Positions 35,377 through 44,920 of a stretch of DNA of 64,000 bases are shown piece by piece. The notes under the pieces are model-generated. The model ran no database searches. It saw nothing but the letters and a program-made list of their open reading frames with translations, and had not been told where the DNA came from. This DNA comes from Candidatus Latescibacterota bacterium (lineage in GTDB: Bacteria; Latescibacterota; UBA2968; UBA8231). Location of the stretch: NCBI GenBank assembly GCA_965242865.1, contig CBDETK010000013.1, positions 4,896,001 to 4,960,000 on the forward strand, given 5' to 3'. Numbering within the stretch: the stretch's first letter is position 1; each line of letters starts with the position of its first letter. The position numbers and the translations under genes are program-made.

Positions 35377-36417
35377 TTATGCCCGCCCAAAGCGCACTCC
35401 CGTCGGTATAATCCCCACGTCCTCCCCGCGCCGCATGGTCTCGGCCGCATCGAGTACGCTCGCCAAGTCGTGCTCGGGCGCAAACCCCAATTTTTCCTTG
35501 ATGTTGGTCAAATCCAACTCGAAAAAGTTCCAATCCGGGCGGCGCGCCTCCACGAATTTCAGCCCGAAGCGCTCGGCGAGATAGGGCACGACCTCGCCCC
35601 AGTCAAACAGCGCGGCCCCGCCCAGATTGAACACCTCGCCCACGGCCTCGTCCCGCTCCAGCGCCAATACCAGCCCTTGGACGATGTCGCGCACATCGGC
35701 AAATTGCTGCTTATAGGGCCGCCCGTCTGGATTCCGCGCCAGCAAGAATTGCTCCTCGCCTGTCCACAAGGCCCTGATTTGCTCGGCAAAGGCCCCGTCT
35801 TGATCCTTGCATCGCTCGTAGGTCGGCCCCAACAAGAACAGGGGCGGCAAGCCGCTTTCGTCGAGGAATTCGCCCGGCTCAATAATCGTGGCAAAGCGCG
35901 TGGTCACCGACGGCAGCCCAAACTGCAAGTGATAGCTCATCACCAGCTCTTCGCCGATCCACTTGGTCAGGAAGTAGGGCATCGTCTGGTAGCGGGCGAC
36001 TTGGTCTTCGCGAATCGGCTCTTCAAAGCAGCGACCGTTGTAGGGGTTGCTCCAGTAAATCGCCTCGGTAGAAGCATAGACCAAGCGGTGCAGGCTGGGC
36101 GTTAGCTCGCGGATGGCCTCCAGCAGGTTGATGGTGCCCATGCCGTTGATTGCGAGGTATTCGCGGTGGCCGAAGGGGCCGCCAAAGGCCGCGGCAATGT
36201 GGTACACCGCATCGACGCCGTCGACGGCGCGGCGCACAGCGGCAAAATCGCGCAAATCGCCTTCGAGGGTCTCGACGCGCTCAAAGCTGTCGAGCTTGTG
36301 GGCGCGGCTTTGGTCGCCGGGATAGACAAACGAGCGGATGTCGTGCCCTTTGTCGAGCAGGGCTCTGGCTAGATTGGCTCCGACGCGGCCGGTGCCGCCA
36401 GTGATTAGGATTTTCAC
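35377..36417 (-). CDS. NAD-dependent epimerase/dehydratase (extended SDR)
   Basis: ITGGTGRVG, YHIAA, YFLTK (YxxxK), DVRDIVQG. Confidence 0.9.
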   Translation of the reverse strand: MKILITGGTGRVGANLARALLDKGHDIRSFVYPGDQSRAHKLDSFERVETLEGDLRDFAAVRRAVDGVDAVYHIAAAFGGPFGHREYLAINGMGTINLLEAIRELTPSLHRLVYASTEAIYWSNPYNGRCFEEPIREDQVARYQTMPYFLTKWIGEELVMSYHLQFGLPSVTTRFATIIEPGEFLDESGLPPLFLLGPTYERCKDQDGAFAEQIRALWTGEEQFLLARNPDGRPYKQQFADVRDIVQGLVLALERDEAVGEVFNLGGAALFDWGEVVPYLAERFGLKFVEARRPDWNFFELDLTNIKEKLGFAPEHDLASVLDAAETMRRGEDVGIIPTGVRFGRA

Positions 36418-36450
36418 GTTGCACCTCTCTGGTGATGGGGATGAAGGGTC

Positions 36451-37947
36451 TTAGCGGGTAGCGGGCAGGGCGCTGGCCAAGAGCTTTTCCGGCGTGGCCT
36501 CGGCCCGTTCGTACTCGGCGGCGATTCGCCCTTCGCGCATCGCGTACATCCGGTCGCACAGCCCCAAAATTTCGGGCATTTCCGAGGAGAAGATCGCAAT
36601 GGCCAGTCCCCCGTGCGCCAGTTCGTCCAGCAATTGATAGATCTCGGCCTTGGCGCCGACATCGATGCCCCGGGTCGGCTCATCCACGAGCAGCACCCGC
36701 AAGTTTTCCTTGAGCAGCCAGCGGGCCAGCAGGACCTTTTGCTGATTGCCGCCGCTGAGCCGAGCGATGGCCTGCTCTGGGTCCGGGGGCCGCACGCGCA
36801 AGCGCGCAATGAGTGCGCCGACTTGTTGCCGCTCCCTGCCTGTTTGCACGTGCCCAGCGCGGCAGAACTGCTCCAAGGCCGCGACGCTCGCGTTGGCCCG
36901 CACGCTCTGCTGCGCGAACAGGCCGTCGGCCCGGCGATCCTCCGGCACGAGTCCCAACCCCAAGGAGCGCGCCCGCGCCGGTGCGTTGGCCGGCAGGGCG
37001 ACCCCGGCGATGGCGACCGTGCCAGCGCGGCGGCGATCCGCGCCGAGTATGGCCCGCGCCAGTTCGGTGCGCCCGGCACCCATCAGCCCGGAAAACCCGA
37101 CGATTTCTCCGGCGCACACCCGGAAGGAAATATCCCGCACCCGATCGGTGGTCAACCCCTCCACCTCCAGCACCGCCGGCCCTGGGGTGCGTCCGGTCGC
37201 GGGAAAACCTTGGCCCAACGCCCGCCCAACCATGAGCGCGATGAGTTGCTCCTCGTCGAGGTCCGCGGCTCGCTCGCAGGCGACGCGCTCGCCATCGCGC
37301 AAGACCGTCACGCGGTCGGCCAGTGCCATGACCTCGGCGAGCTTGTGCGATACATAGACCACGCCCACGCCGCGCGCCTTGAGCCGGGCGATGAGCGCAA
37401 AGAGGGTGTCGATCTCGCGGGTGCTCAGGGCCGAGGTCGGCTCGTCCATGACGATTATTTGGGCGTCACACGCCAAGGCCCGGGCGATCTCGACCAATTG
37501 CTGCGCGGCTACCCCGAGGTGGCCGACGTGGGTCTGCGGATCGACCGCCAGCCCGACTTGGGCCAATAGCGTAGCCGAAGCGTCGTAGAGCGCGTTCCAC
37601 TGGACGCGCCCACCGCGCCCGTGCGGCAGGCGGCCAAAGAACAAATTCTCGGCCACCGAAAGCGAGGGGACCAACTCTAACTCTTGGTACACGACCGCCA
37701 GCCCGTGCTCTAGGGCTTGGCGCGGATGGCGCATAGCTACGGGGCGACCGGCGATTCGATAGCGGCCCCGGTCGTAGCGGTACACGCCAGCCGCGATTTT
37801 GATCAAGGTGCTCTTGCCCGCGCCGTTTTCCCCGACCAGCGCGTGGACTTCTCCGCGCTGCACCGCAAAATCAACGCCTTTGAGCGCATAGACGCCGGGG
37901 AAGCGCTTGTGAATGTTCTCTAAGGAGAAAAGCGGGGTCGGGGTCAT
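36451..37947 (-). CDS. Monosaccharide ABC transporter ATP-binding protein (RbsA-like)
   Basis: GENGAGKST, MDEPTSAL, LSGGNQQK, DEPTRGIDVGAK. Confidence 0.93.
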   Translation of the reverse strand: MTPTPLFSLENIHKRFPGVYALKGVDFAVQRGEVHALVGENGAGKSTLIKIAAGVYRYDRGRYRIAGRPVAMRHPRQALEHGLAVVYQELELVPSLSVAENLFFGRLPHGRGGRVQWNALYDASATLLAQVGLAVDPQTHVGHLGVAAQQLVEIARALACDAQIIVMDEPTSALSTREIDTLFALIARLKARGVGVVYVSHKLAEVMALADRVTVLRDGERVACERAADLDEEQLIALMVGRALGQGFPATGRTPGPAVLEVEGLTTDRVRDISFRVCAGEIVGFSGLMGAGRTELARAILGADRRRAGTVAIAGVALPANAPARARSLGLGLVPEDRRADGLFAQQSVRANASVAALEQFCRAGHVQTGRERQQVGALIARLRVRPPDPEQAIARLSGGNQQKVLLARWLLKENLRVLLVDEPTRGIDVGAKAEIYQLLDELAHGGLAIAIFSSEMPEILGLCDRMYAMREGRIAAEYERAEATPEKLLASALPATR

Positions 37948-38915
37948 GTCGGGGGAGCGAGTAGCCGCCGCAGGAGGCTCTGCTTGCGCCGGGTGTCCAG
38001 GTACACGGCGAGGATAATGACCGCGCCGCGTGCAATGTCGTGGTAGAAGGACGACACGTTCAAAAGCACCAAGCCGTTGGAGAGCACCGTCAGGATCAAG
38101 ATGCCGATAAAAGCTCCGCCGAGCGTCCCCACGCCGCCCGTCAGGCTGATGCCGCCCAAGATCACCGCCGCGATGACCTGCAACTCAAACCCCAAGCCGG
38201 CATTCGGCTGCCCGGAGTTGAGGCGCGAGGCCAAGATAAAGGCGCTCAACGCGGCCAGCACTCCGCCGAGCACAAAGACCAAGATGCGCGTGCGATCGAC
38301 GGCCAACCCCGCCAGCCGCGCCGCTTGGATGTTGCCGCCGATGGCGTAAATATAGCGGCCGAGAAGGGTGTGGTGCAGCACGTAGTAAAACAGCCCCAAC
38401 AGGGCGAAGGTCACCAGCACCGGAATTGGGACCGGCCCCCAGTGTCCGGTCCCCACTTCGACGAATCCTTGTACTGTGCCTTGGATGGATACCGCTTGGG
38501 TGCTGACCATGGCCGCGCCGCGCAAAATCGCCATCATGCCCAAGGTGGCGATCAGGGAGTTGATGCCCGTCTTGGTGACCAACAGGCCGTTGCACAGCCC
38601 GATGAGTGCCCCGGCGGCCAGGGCGGCGGCCAGGGCCAGTGCCACGCTGTCAAATTGGTTGAGCACCGCCACCGCGATGATCCCGGCTACGGCTTGGGTC
38701 GAGCCGACGCTCAGGTCGATCTCCCCGAGCAAGATGATCATCACCATGCCGATCCCGACGATGGCCACCAGCGAGGCGTCGCGCAGCACGTTCTTGATGT
38801 TGATGGCCGTAAAGAAGACCGGCGTCAGCAGGGAAATCCCCACGCAGAGCAAGACCAGCGCCAGCAACAGCCCGGCCTGCTCGCTGTGCAGCATCCTCGA
38901 CAGCAAGCGGTTCAT
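37944..38915 (-). CDS. Monosaccharide ABC transporter permease (RbsC-like)
   Basis: GEIDLSVGS, GRYIYAIGGN, FELQVIAAVILGG. Confidence 0.93.
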   Translation of the reverse strand: MNRLLSRMLHSEQAGLLLALVLLCVGISLLTPVFFTAINIKNVLRDASLVAIVGIGMVMIILLGEIDLSVGSTQAVAGIIAVAVLNQFDSVALALAAALAAGALIGLCNGLLVTKTGINSLIATLGMMAILRGAAMVSTQAVSIQGTVQGFVEVGTGHWGPVPIPVLVTFALLGLFYYVLHHTLLGRYIYAIGGNIQAARLAGLAVDRTRILVFVLGGVLAALSAFILASRLNSGQPNAGLGFELQVIAAVILGGISLTGGVGTLGGAFIGILILTVLSNGLVLLNVSSFYHDIARGAVIILAVYLDTRRKQSLLRRLLAPPT

Positions 38916-39892
38916 TGCGGCATCAGGGCTTGCACCGCATCCACTTTGAGCACGAAGGGCGGCTCGGTGCTCGCGTCGTAGAAGCGGCCGAGCTGGTCGC
39001 GGGTGACGACGACCGTCGGCGTCTCGTAGTGGGCGGGCAGCGATTGGCCCTCGCTCAACCGCAGGGCCGCGTCGATCAGGGTCGCGCCGACGAAGTTGGG
39101 AAACATCGCCAAGGCCGCCGCGTAGGGCGTGTCGCTGGTGAGGGCCGTCTGTCCGACGGTGCCCTCGAAGCCAAAGCCGATCGCCGTTAGGGCTGCTTCG
39201 TCGAGGCCCGCGGCCCTGTAGGCCGCCATGCCGCCGGTCGTGGAATCGTCGTTGATGCCGTAGATGGCGTTGATGTGCGGGTTGGCCGTCAGCGCGTCTT
39301 GCGCCACCTTGAAGGCCTTTTCTTTGAGGCCCTGCCCATCGACCTCTTGGACGATCTGATGGGCGAGCCCCGAGGCCGCGAGCGCGTCCTTAAAGCCGGC
39401 GACCCGCTGCCGACAGTCCTCGAAGTTGGGGAAGCCGATGACGAGGATTTTGGGGTCGAGTCCTTTGGCTTGGGCATAGTCGGCAAACCACTCGCCGGCC
39501 TTGACCCCGCCGGCGTAGTTGTCGATCCCCACGTAGCTGTCGGCCCCGGGCACGGGGTTGGACTCGGTAATCACCTTGGTCCCCGCGGCCTTGGCCTGCC
39601 GCACCACCGGCCCCATCGCCTTGGCATCTACGGGCGACAAAATCAGCACCTCGACCCCTTGGGCGAGCAGGTTTTCGGCCTTGGAGATTTGCGCTGCCAC
39701 GTCGAGGTTGGCATCGGCGACGATCAGCTCGACGCCCAACTCGGCGGCCCGCGCTGTCGCCGACTTGCTAATGTTTTGGTACCACTCGTGCGACATGAAG
39801 TTGATCACGTAGCCGATCTTGAGGGTATCGGGCGCGTCGTCCGGCCGACCGCAGGCGATCAGCAGCAGACTCAGCAGCCATGTTTTTTTCAT
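38912..39892 (-). CDS. Sugar ABC transporter substrate-binding lipoprotein (RbsB-like)
   Basis: Lipobox LIAC; VGIDNYAGG; IYGINDD; Peripla_BP-type pattern. Confidence 0.9.
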   Translation of the reverse strand: MKKTWLLSLLLIACGRPDDAPDTLKIGYVINFMSHEWYQNISKSATARAAELGVELIVADANLDVAAQISKAENLLAQGVEVLILSPVDAKAMGPVVRQAKAAGTKVITESNPVPGADSYVGIDNYAGGVKAGEWFADYAQAKGLDPKILVIGFPNFEDCRQRVAGFKDALAASGLAHQIVQEVDGQGLKEKAFKVAQDALTANPHINAIYGINDDSTTGGMAAYRAAGLDEAALTAIGFGFEGTVGQTALTSDTPYAAALAMFPNFVGATLIDAALRLSEGQSLPAHYETPTVVVTRDQLGRFYDASTEPPFVLKVDAVQALMPQ

Positions 39893-39908
39893 CTATGTTC
39901 CTTTCTTA

Positions 39909-40892
39909 ACGTGAGTTCGGGTTAAGGTGAGGGTCTCCTTTTTGGCTAAACTTTAGGTATAACCCCTATACCCCTTAGCCATCCGGGAGCCCTCCCGATG
40001 AATTTAGTTGAACTGTTTTGCCCTGTCGATGATTTTTGCCCAGGCTTTGAGCCTTCGTGGATACGCGCCCAATTCACGGCGGGGCGTCGTCAGCGTCGGC
40101 GGGCGGGTTCCCTTTGTTTGAGCGAGATTATGACCTTGTTGATTTGGTTTCACCCGTCCCAGTATCGCACGTTCAAGGCGTTCTACCAGCAGCAGGTCTG
40201 TCGGCATCTACGCGGTGCGTTTCCGGGGTTAGTCCGCTATGGGCGTTTTGTCGAGCTAATGCCTTCGGCCCTTATTCCGTTAGGCGTCTATCTGCGCCAA
40301 TGTCAAGGCCCCTGCACGGGGATTTCGTTTATCGACTCCACTCCGTTGGCGGTCTGTGTGGCAGCGCGCAAGCACCAGCACCGCCTGTTTGCCGGCCTCG
40401 CCCAATGGGGCAAGAGTTCGACCGGGTGGTTTTTCGGCTTCAAGCTCCATCTGGTTTGCAATGATCAAGGCCAAGTGCTCCGCTGGGCTCTGACCCCTGG
40501 CAACGTCGATGATCGCCGACCTGTGGTCGGCTTGGTGCGCGACCTGTTTGGCGCGTTGGTCGCCGACCGAGGGTATATTTCCAGCACGCTAGGCCACCAA
40601 CTGAACGCACAGAGCACTCTCCGCTTGAGTACCAAGCCCCGATCCAACATGAAAAAGCACCCCCTGTCCCGCGCAGACCAACACCTGCTACATAAACGAA
40701 CCCTTATCGAAACCATCATCGGTCAACTTAAAAATATCGCCCAGATTGAGCACACCAGACATCGAAGCCCAATCAATTTTATGGTCCATCTCATCAGCGG
40801 ATTAGTCGCCTACGCTCACCAACCCAAAAAACCCACCTTAAAAACCAACAGGCCCAGCTAACCACCAGAGGCCGTTTAACCCGAACTCACGT
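39909..40892 (+). mobile_element. IS982-family insertion sequence, complete
   Basis: Perfect 17-bp terminal inverted repeats ACGTGAGTTCGGGTTAA (39909-39925) and TTAACCCGAACTCACGT (40876-40892); 7-bp direct repeat TTTCTTA at 39902-39908 and 40893-40899. Confidence 0.93.
39998..40861 (+). CDS. IS982-family DDE transposase
   Basis: VDDFC, FIDSTPL, GWFFGFKLHL, ADRGY, RTLIET, IEHTRHRS. Confidence 0.93.
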   Translation: MNLVELFCPVDDFCPGFEPSWIRAQFTAGRRQRRRAGSLCLSEIMTLLIWFHPSQYRTFKAFYQQQVCRHLRGAFPGLVRYGRFVELMPSALIPLGVYLRQCQGPCTGISFIDSTPLAVCVAARKHQHRLFAGLAQWGKSSTGWFFGFKLHLVCNDQGQVLRWALTPGNVDDRRPVVGLVRDLFGALVADRGYISSTLGHQLNAQSTLRLSTKPRSNMKKHPLSRADQHLLHKRTLIETIIGQLKNIAQIEHTRHRSPINFMVHLISGLVAYAHQPKKPTLKTNRPS

Positions 40893-40950
40893 TTTCTTAG
40901 AGGCGGTCTGCAAACTCTGGTGGTCGTCCCTTGGATCTAAACGATCCCGG

Positions 40951-40973
40951 CTGGATTCCCGCTGTTGCGGGAG
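40951..40973 (-). repeat. REP-like palindrome (uninterrupted copy)
   Basis: CTGGATTCCCGCTGTTGCGGGAG is the reverse complement of the outer arms of the 30573-30627 element. Confidence 0.65.
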
Positions 40974-41100
40974 TATCCGTGTTTCGCGTCAAGCCTTTTT
41001 GTCTCCTGGTGGGGCGTGGTGTTCGACCCAAGGGGTTCCTCGCTGGGCAATGGCGTTGAGCAGCAGGAATGACGCCGGCAAAGCGGCGAATAAGACGACC

Positions 41101-42150
41101 ATGAAATTGCCCTCTGGACGCATTTGGCCGCATCGAGTATGCGATATGCTGGGGTTAAACCTGACCCATCCCCGCTTTGTGATCGACGATATTGACCTCG
41201 GCAAAAAAGACGCCAGTACTTGTCGCGGCGACTTTCCCAAGTTTGCCGAATGGGGAGTGGGGGTGGTGATGTGCAAGGGGGGCGCGGCCTACTACGACGA
41301 CAACTACAAACCGCTGTGGCGTCGGGAAGCGGAATGGCGTCCAGGCCGCGGCGGCGAGGACATGTTCCTGAGTCTGGCGATCAAGAATCCGACTCAACTG
41401 GTGCTGGGGGTGCTCGACCGTTTTTTGCTCAACGTCGAAGCCCATCCCGAGCAAGTGCTGCTGGTGCGGACCGCCCGGGACTTGGATGCTGCACAGGCGG
41501 CGGGCAAGGTCGCGGTATTGATGGGGGCCAATCGCAGCGACTGGTTCGGCGATAGCCCCGGCATCTTGCGGATGTTCGCCCGTCTCGGGCTGCGGATGAT
41601 CACCTTGGGCCAAGCGACCCGCGAGTTGGGGTGGGATGCCTCCAATGAGACCCGTTCGGGCGGGCGGATGACCGAGTTGGGGGTGCGGATGATTGCGGAG
41701 CTGAACGCGACCGGGATTCTCATCGACTTGGCCCACAGCAATGACCCCTGCGCCCTCGACATCATCGAAGTATCGGCAAAGCCGGTGGTTGATTCGCACT
41801 CGAATCCGCGGGCATTGGTCGGCGAGCTCAGGGCGGCCCCCGACGAGGTGATGCGGGCGTTGGCCGAGCGCGGCGGTGTGTTGGGGATCCCCCCGCCGAT
41901 CCCCCGGCCGCCGGGGGACGCGCCCTATCGGGGAGTCGCGCCAGCACAATTGGAGCAGACCGTGGCGCAAATTCGCTACGCCGCGGATGTGATGGGGGTA
42001 GCAGGCGTGGGGATCGGCACTCACTTCAACAGCGCGGTATTGCCTTGGGTGGTAGAGGGCTTGCTGGACGCGGGATTCACCGCCGAGGACACGAGCAAAA
42101 TTTGCGGCGGGAATTACCTGCGGGTCTTGCGCGAGGTCTTGCCGGCGTAG
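41101..42150 (+). CDS. Membrane dipeptidase (peptidase M19)-like protein, atypical active site
   Basis: LGLRMITL, GMTELG-like MTELGVRMIAELN..GILIDLAH, DSHSN.RAL, GGVLG, KICGGNYLRV. Confidence 0.8.
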   Translation: MKLPSGRIWPHRVCDMLGLNLTHPRFVIDDIDLGKKDASTCRGDFPKFAEWGVGVVMCKGGAAYYDDNYKPLWRREAEWRPGRGGEDMFLSLAIKNPTQLVLGVLDRFLLNVEAHPEQVLLVRTARDLDAAQAAGKVAVLMGANRSDWFGDSPGILRMFARLGLRMITLGQATRELGWDASNETRSGGRMTELGVRMIAELNATGILIDLAHSNDPCALDIIEVSAKPVVDSHSNPRALVGELRAAPDEVMRALAERGGVLGIPPPIPRPPGDAPYRGVAPAQLEQTVAQIRYAADVMGVAGVGIGTHFNSAVLPWVVEGLLDAGFTAEDTSKICGGNYLRVLREVLPA

Positions 42151-42267
42151 CGGAATGGACGCAATGTGCTGTGAGCGATAGCAGGTCGAAAGTGAACGAA
42201 ACGGAAAAGTATCTCCTTAAAATGCCCGGCTATCAGGTGCTCAAGGGTGCGCTGGCGCGCCTGCGTC

Positions 42268-43062
42268 TTATTTTTGCATCACTAGGCGTGCACCAATGGC
42301 ACAATAGCGGAGCGACGGATCAAAGCTGAAGCGTTTGGCCGACCGCACGTTGCGGGCACGATTGACAAAGCCGCCTCCACGCATAACGCGGGTAGAGCCC
42401 GAAACTGCTCCTGTAGAATTTATCTGTTTGGCGTTTGCATAGGAGTTGCTGTACCAGTCTTGCACCCACTCCCACACATTGCCGTGCATATCGTACAGAC
42501 CCCATGGATTCGGCTGCTTTGAACCCACCGGCTGGGCAAATTTTCCCCTCGCTTCCCCCACGTTTTCTAGGTACCACGCATAGTCGCCCAACTGGCTTTC
42601 GTCGTCCCCAAAGGAACGGCTCGTCGTGGTCCCGGCCCGGCAGGCGTATTCCCACTCGGCTTCGGTCGGTAGGCGGTACAAATCCCTGTCGGCGGCTTCG
42701 TTCAAGCGGCGGAGGAATTCCTGCATATCGACCCACGAGATATAGACTGCCGGGTGATTTGGTTCGGCTTGGACATACTTGCGTTGGGTCCACGGTGCTG
42801 TTCCCATCACCGCGACCCATTGGGCTTGGGTAATCTCAAATTTACCCAAGTAGAATCCCTTGCTTATCGAAACCTCGTGCTGTGGGCCTTCGTCTTCACC
42901 CCGTGTGGGGGATGAGGCCGGCGATCCCATCAGAAAAGTACCCGGTTCAATCCACACAAATTCCATCACGACTCCGTCGCGAAGTTCCACGACAATGTTT
43001 TCGGCTCGCCCCACAGTCGCGCACGTGATGCCCATCATTAGGGCGGCAAAAATTTGCCTCAT
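42268..43062 (-). CDS. Secreted SUMF1/FGE-sulfatase domain protein
   Basis: IEPGTFLMGS, FEITQAQW, RLPTEAEWEYACRAG, PNPWGLYDMHGNVWEW, RGG, GARL. Confidence 0.92.
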   Translation of the reverse strand: MRQIFAALMMGITCATVGRAENIVVELRDGVVMEFVWIEPGTFLMGSPASSPTRGEDEGPQHEVSISKGFYLGKFEITQAQWVAVMGTAPWTQRKYVQAEPNHPAVYISWVDMQEFLRRLNEAADRDLYRLPTEAEWEYACRAGTTTSRSFGDDESQLGDYAWYLENVGEARGKFAQPVGSKQPNPWGLYDMHGNVWEWVQDWYSNSYANAKQINSTGAVSGSTRVMRGGGFVNRARNVRSAKRFSFDPSLRYCAIGARLVMQK

Positions 43063-43225
43063 TCCACACCTCTGGATCCATGAATGGCGAGAATATATGT
43101 TTCTTTAGCAAAAAAGCCGCAAAACCACCGCCCGCGTCCTATGATCTCCGTCCTTGCCGCAGCAAAGGGTAATTTCTATAATTGCGACCATTATCTGCTT
43201 AATTCACCTCTACAGCGATGAGTGT

Positions 43226-44917
43226 ATGGACTTTTTTTATCAGCGTCGGCCCCTTGCCTCTGCCTTAGTGCTGGCCGTGCTGCTGCCGAAATCGGTCCTA
43301 CCCCAATTCACCGACCAGACGGAGGAGGCGCACATCGCCTTCCAATACGTGGCTGGCGGACCTGAGAAAAAGCACATTGTCGAAACCTCCGGCGGCGGAG
43401 CTGCTTTTTTTGATTACGATAACGATGGCGATCTCGACCTATACACGGTCAATGGTGCTACGGTCAATACCTACCGGCAAAAAACCGGACCGGGCAATGT
43501 CCTCTACCGCAATCGAGGCAACGGAACCTTTGCCGATGTGGCTGTACCAGCCGGTGTCGGGGACCGCAGTTGGGGCATGGGCTGTACCGTGGGCGACATC
43601 GACGGCGACGGGCACCGCGATCTTTACGTGACTAATTATGGTCCCAATGTTCTCTACCGCAACCGAGGCAACGGAACCTTCGCGGACATTTCCACTGGGG
43701 TAGCAGGGAACGATTATAGCTCCAGCGCCGCTTTTTTTGATTACGATGGCGACGGCGATCTCGACCTATACGTCGCCAATTATCTCGTTTACGATTTTGA
43801 CTCTCCTCCAGATAAGGTCTGCACCTACGAGGGCATCGAGATCTTCTGCGGTCCTCAGGGCTTACCTGGAGCTGCCGACCTGTTCTATCGCAACAACGGA
43901 GACAATACCTTCACCGACGTCACTCGGCCCTCGGGTATCTCCTGGGCCAACCGCTATTATGGGTTGGGTGTACTGCCCGAAGACTTCGACAACGACGGCG
44001 ACATCGATCTCTTCGTGGCCAATGACGCAACTCCCAATGTGCTCTTCGACAACAACCGCGATGGCACCTTTAGCGAAATTGGCCTAAAAGCAGGCATTGC
44101 GTATAACGAATACGGCGAAGAAGAGGCCGGGATGGGGGTCAGCGGCGGAGACTATGACGCCGACGGTGACCTCGACCTCTATATAACCCATTTTTTTCGC
44201 GAGAGTAATACCTTCTACCGCAACGACGGACCAAGCCATTTCAAAGATATAACGGCCCAGACTGGTCTAGAGGAACCCACGCTTGGAATGCTGGGGTGGG
44301 GCACCCAATTTTTCGACTACGACAGAGATGGCGACTTGGATCTATTCGTCGCTAATGGCCATGTCTATCCGCAGGTGGCGAGCACTATTGCGAGCACTTT
44401 CTATCCCCAGCGCAATCAGTTAATCCGCAACGAAGGCAGCGATCGTCTAACCGATATAGGGGCTGCGGCTGGCCCGGGAATGGACCTTAAAAGAGTCAGC
44501 CGTGGTGCCAGTTTTGGCGACTACGACAACGACGGCGATATGGACATTTTCGTCGTCAATTTGGATGAGGTGGCCACCCTGTTGCGCAACGATTTTGCCC
44601 CCGCCAACAACTATCTCGTAGTACAACTGCTGGGTCGTGGCCCCAATCGCGATGCCGTCGGCGCCAAGATCCGCTTGCTGGTCGACGGCCGACCCCAGTG
44701 GCGCACGGCTAACGGTGCTTCTAGCTATCTCTCCTATAACGATATGCGTATTTTCTTTGGCCTAGGTGGGGCGGAAGGGGCAGATGAAGTGGAGATCACT
44801 TGGCCCGACGGAACTCGTCAGACAGTGCCATCGGCACCGGCCAATAAGCTGCTGGTAGTTCGCCAGAACGGCTCCTACGCCTTCTTGGAGATGGGAGCCA
44901 ACCTCTACGCAGAGTAG
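43226..44917 (+). CDS. CRTAC1-family protein (FG-GAP plus ASPIC/UnbV)
   Basis: FDYDNDGDLDL repeats; NRDAVGAKI...FFGLG...WPDG; probable ATG 43226. Confidence 0.9.
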   Translation: MDFFYQRRPLASALVLAVLLPKSVLPQFTDQTEEAHIAFQYVAGGPEKKHIVETSGGGAAFFDYDNDGDLDLYTVNGATVNTYRQKTGPGNVLYRNRGNGTFADVAVPAGVGDRSWGMGCTVGDIDGDGHRDLYVTNYGPNVLYRNRGNGTFADISTGVAGNDYSSSAAFFDYDGDGDLDLYVANYLVYDFDSPPDKVCTYEGIEIFCGPQGLPGAADLFYRNNGDNTFTDVTRPSGISWANRYYGLGVLPEDFDNDGDIDLFVANDATPNVLFDNNRDGTFSEIGLKAGIAYNEYGEEEAGMGVSGGDYDADGDLDLYITHFFRESNTFYRNDGPSHFKDITAQTGLEEPTLGMLGWGTQFFDYDRDGDLDLFVANGHVYPQVASTIASTFYPQRNQLIRNEGSDRLTDIGAAAGPGMDLKRVSRGASFGDYDNDGDMDIFVVNLDEVATLLRNDFAPANNYLVVQLLGRGPNRDAVGAKIRLLVDGRPQWRTANGASSYLSYNDMRIFFGLGGAEGADEVEITWPDGTRQTVPSAPANKLLVVRQNGSYAFLEMGANLYAE

Positions 44918-44920
44918 GAC

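Noticed and set aside
40899-40920. AGAGGCGGTCTGCAAACTC resembling an IS terminal repeat
   Set aside because: No matching partner repeat or transposase was found in the window.
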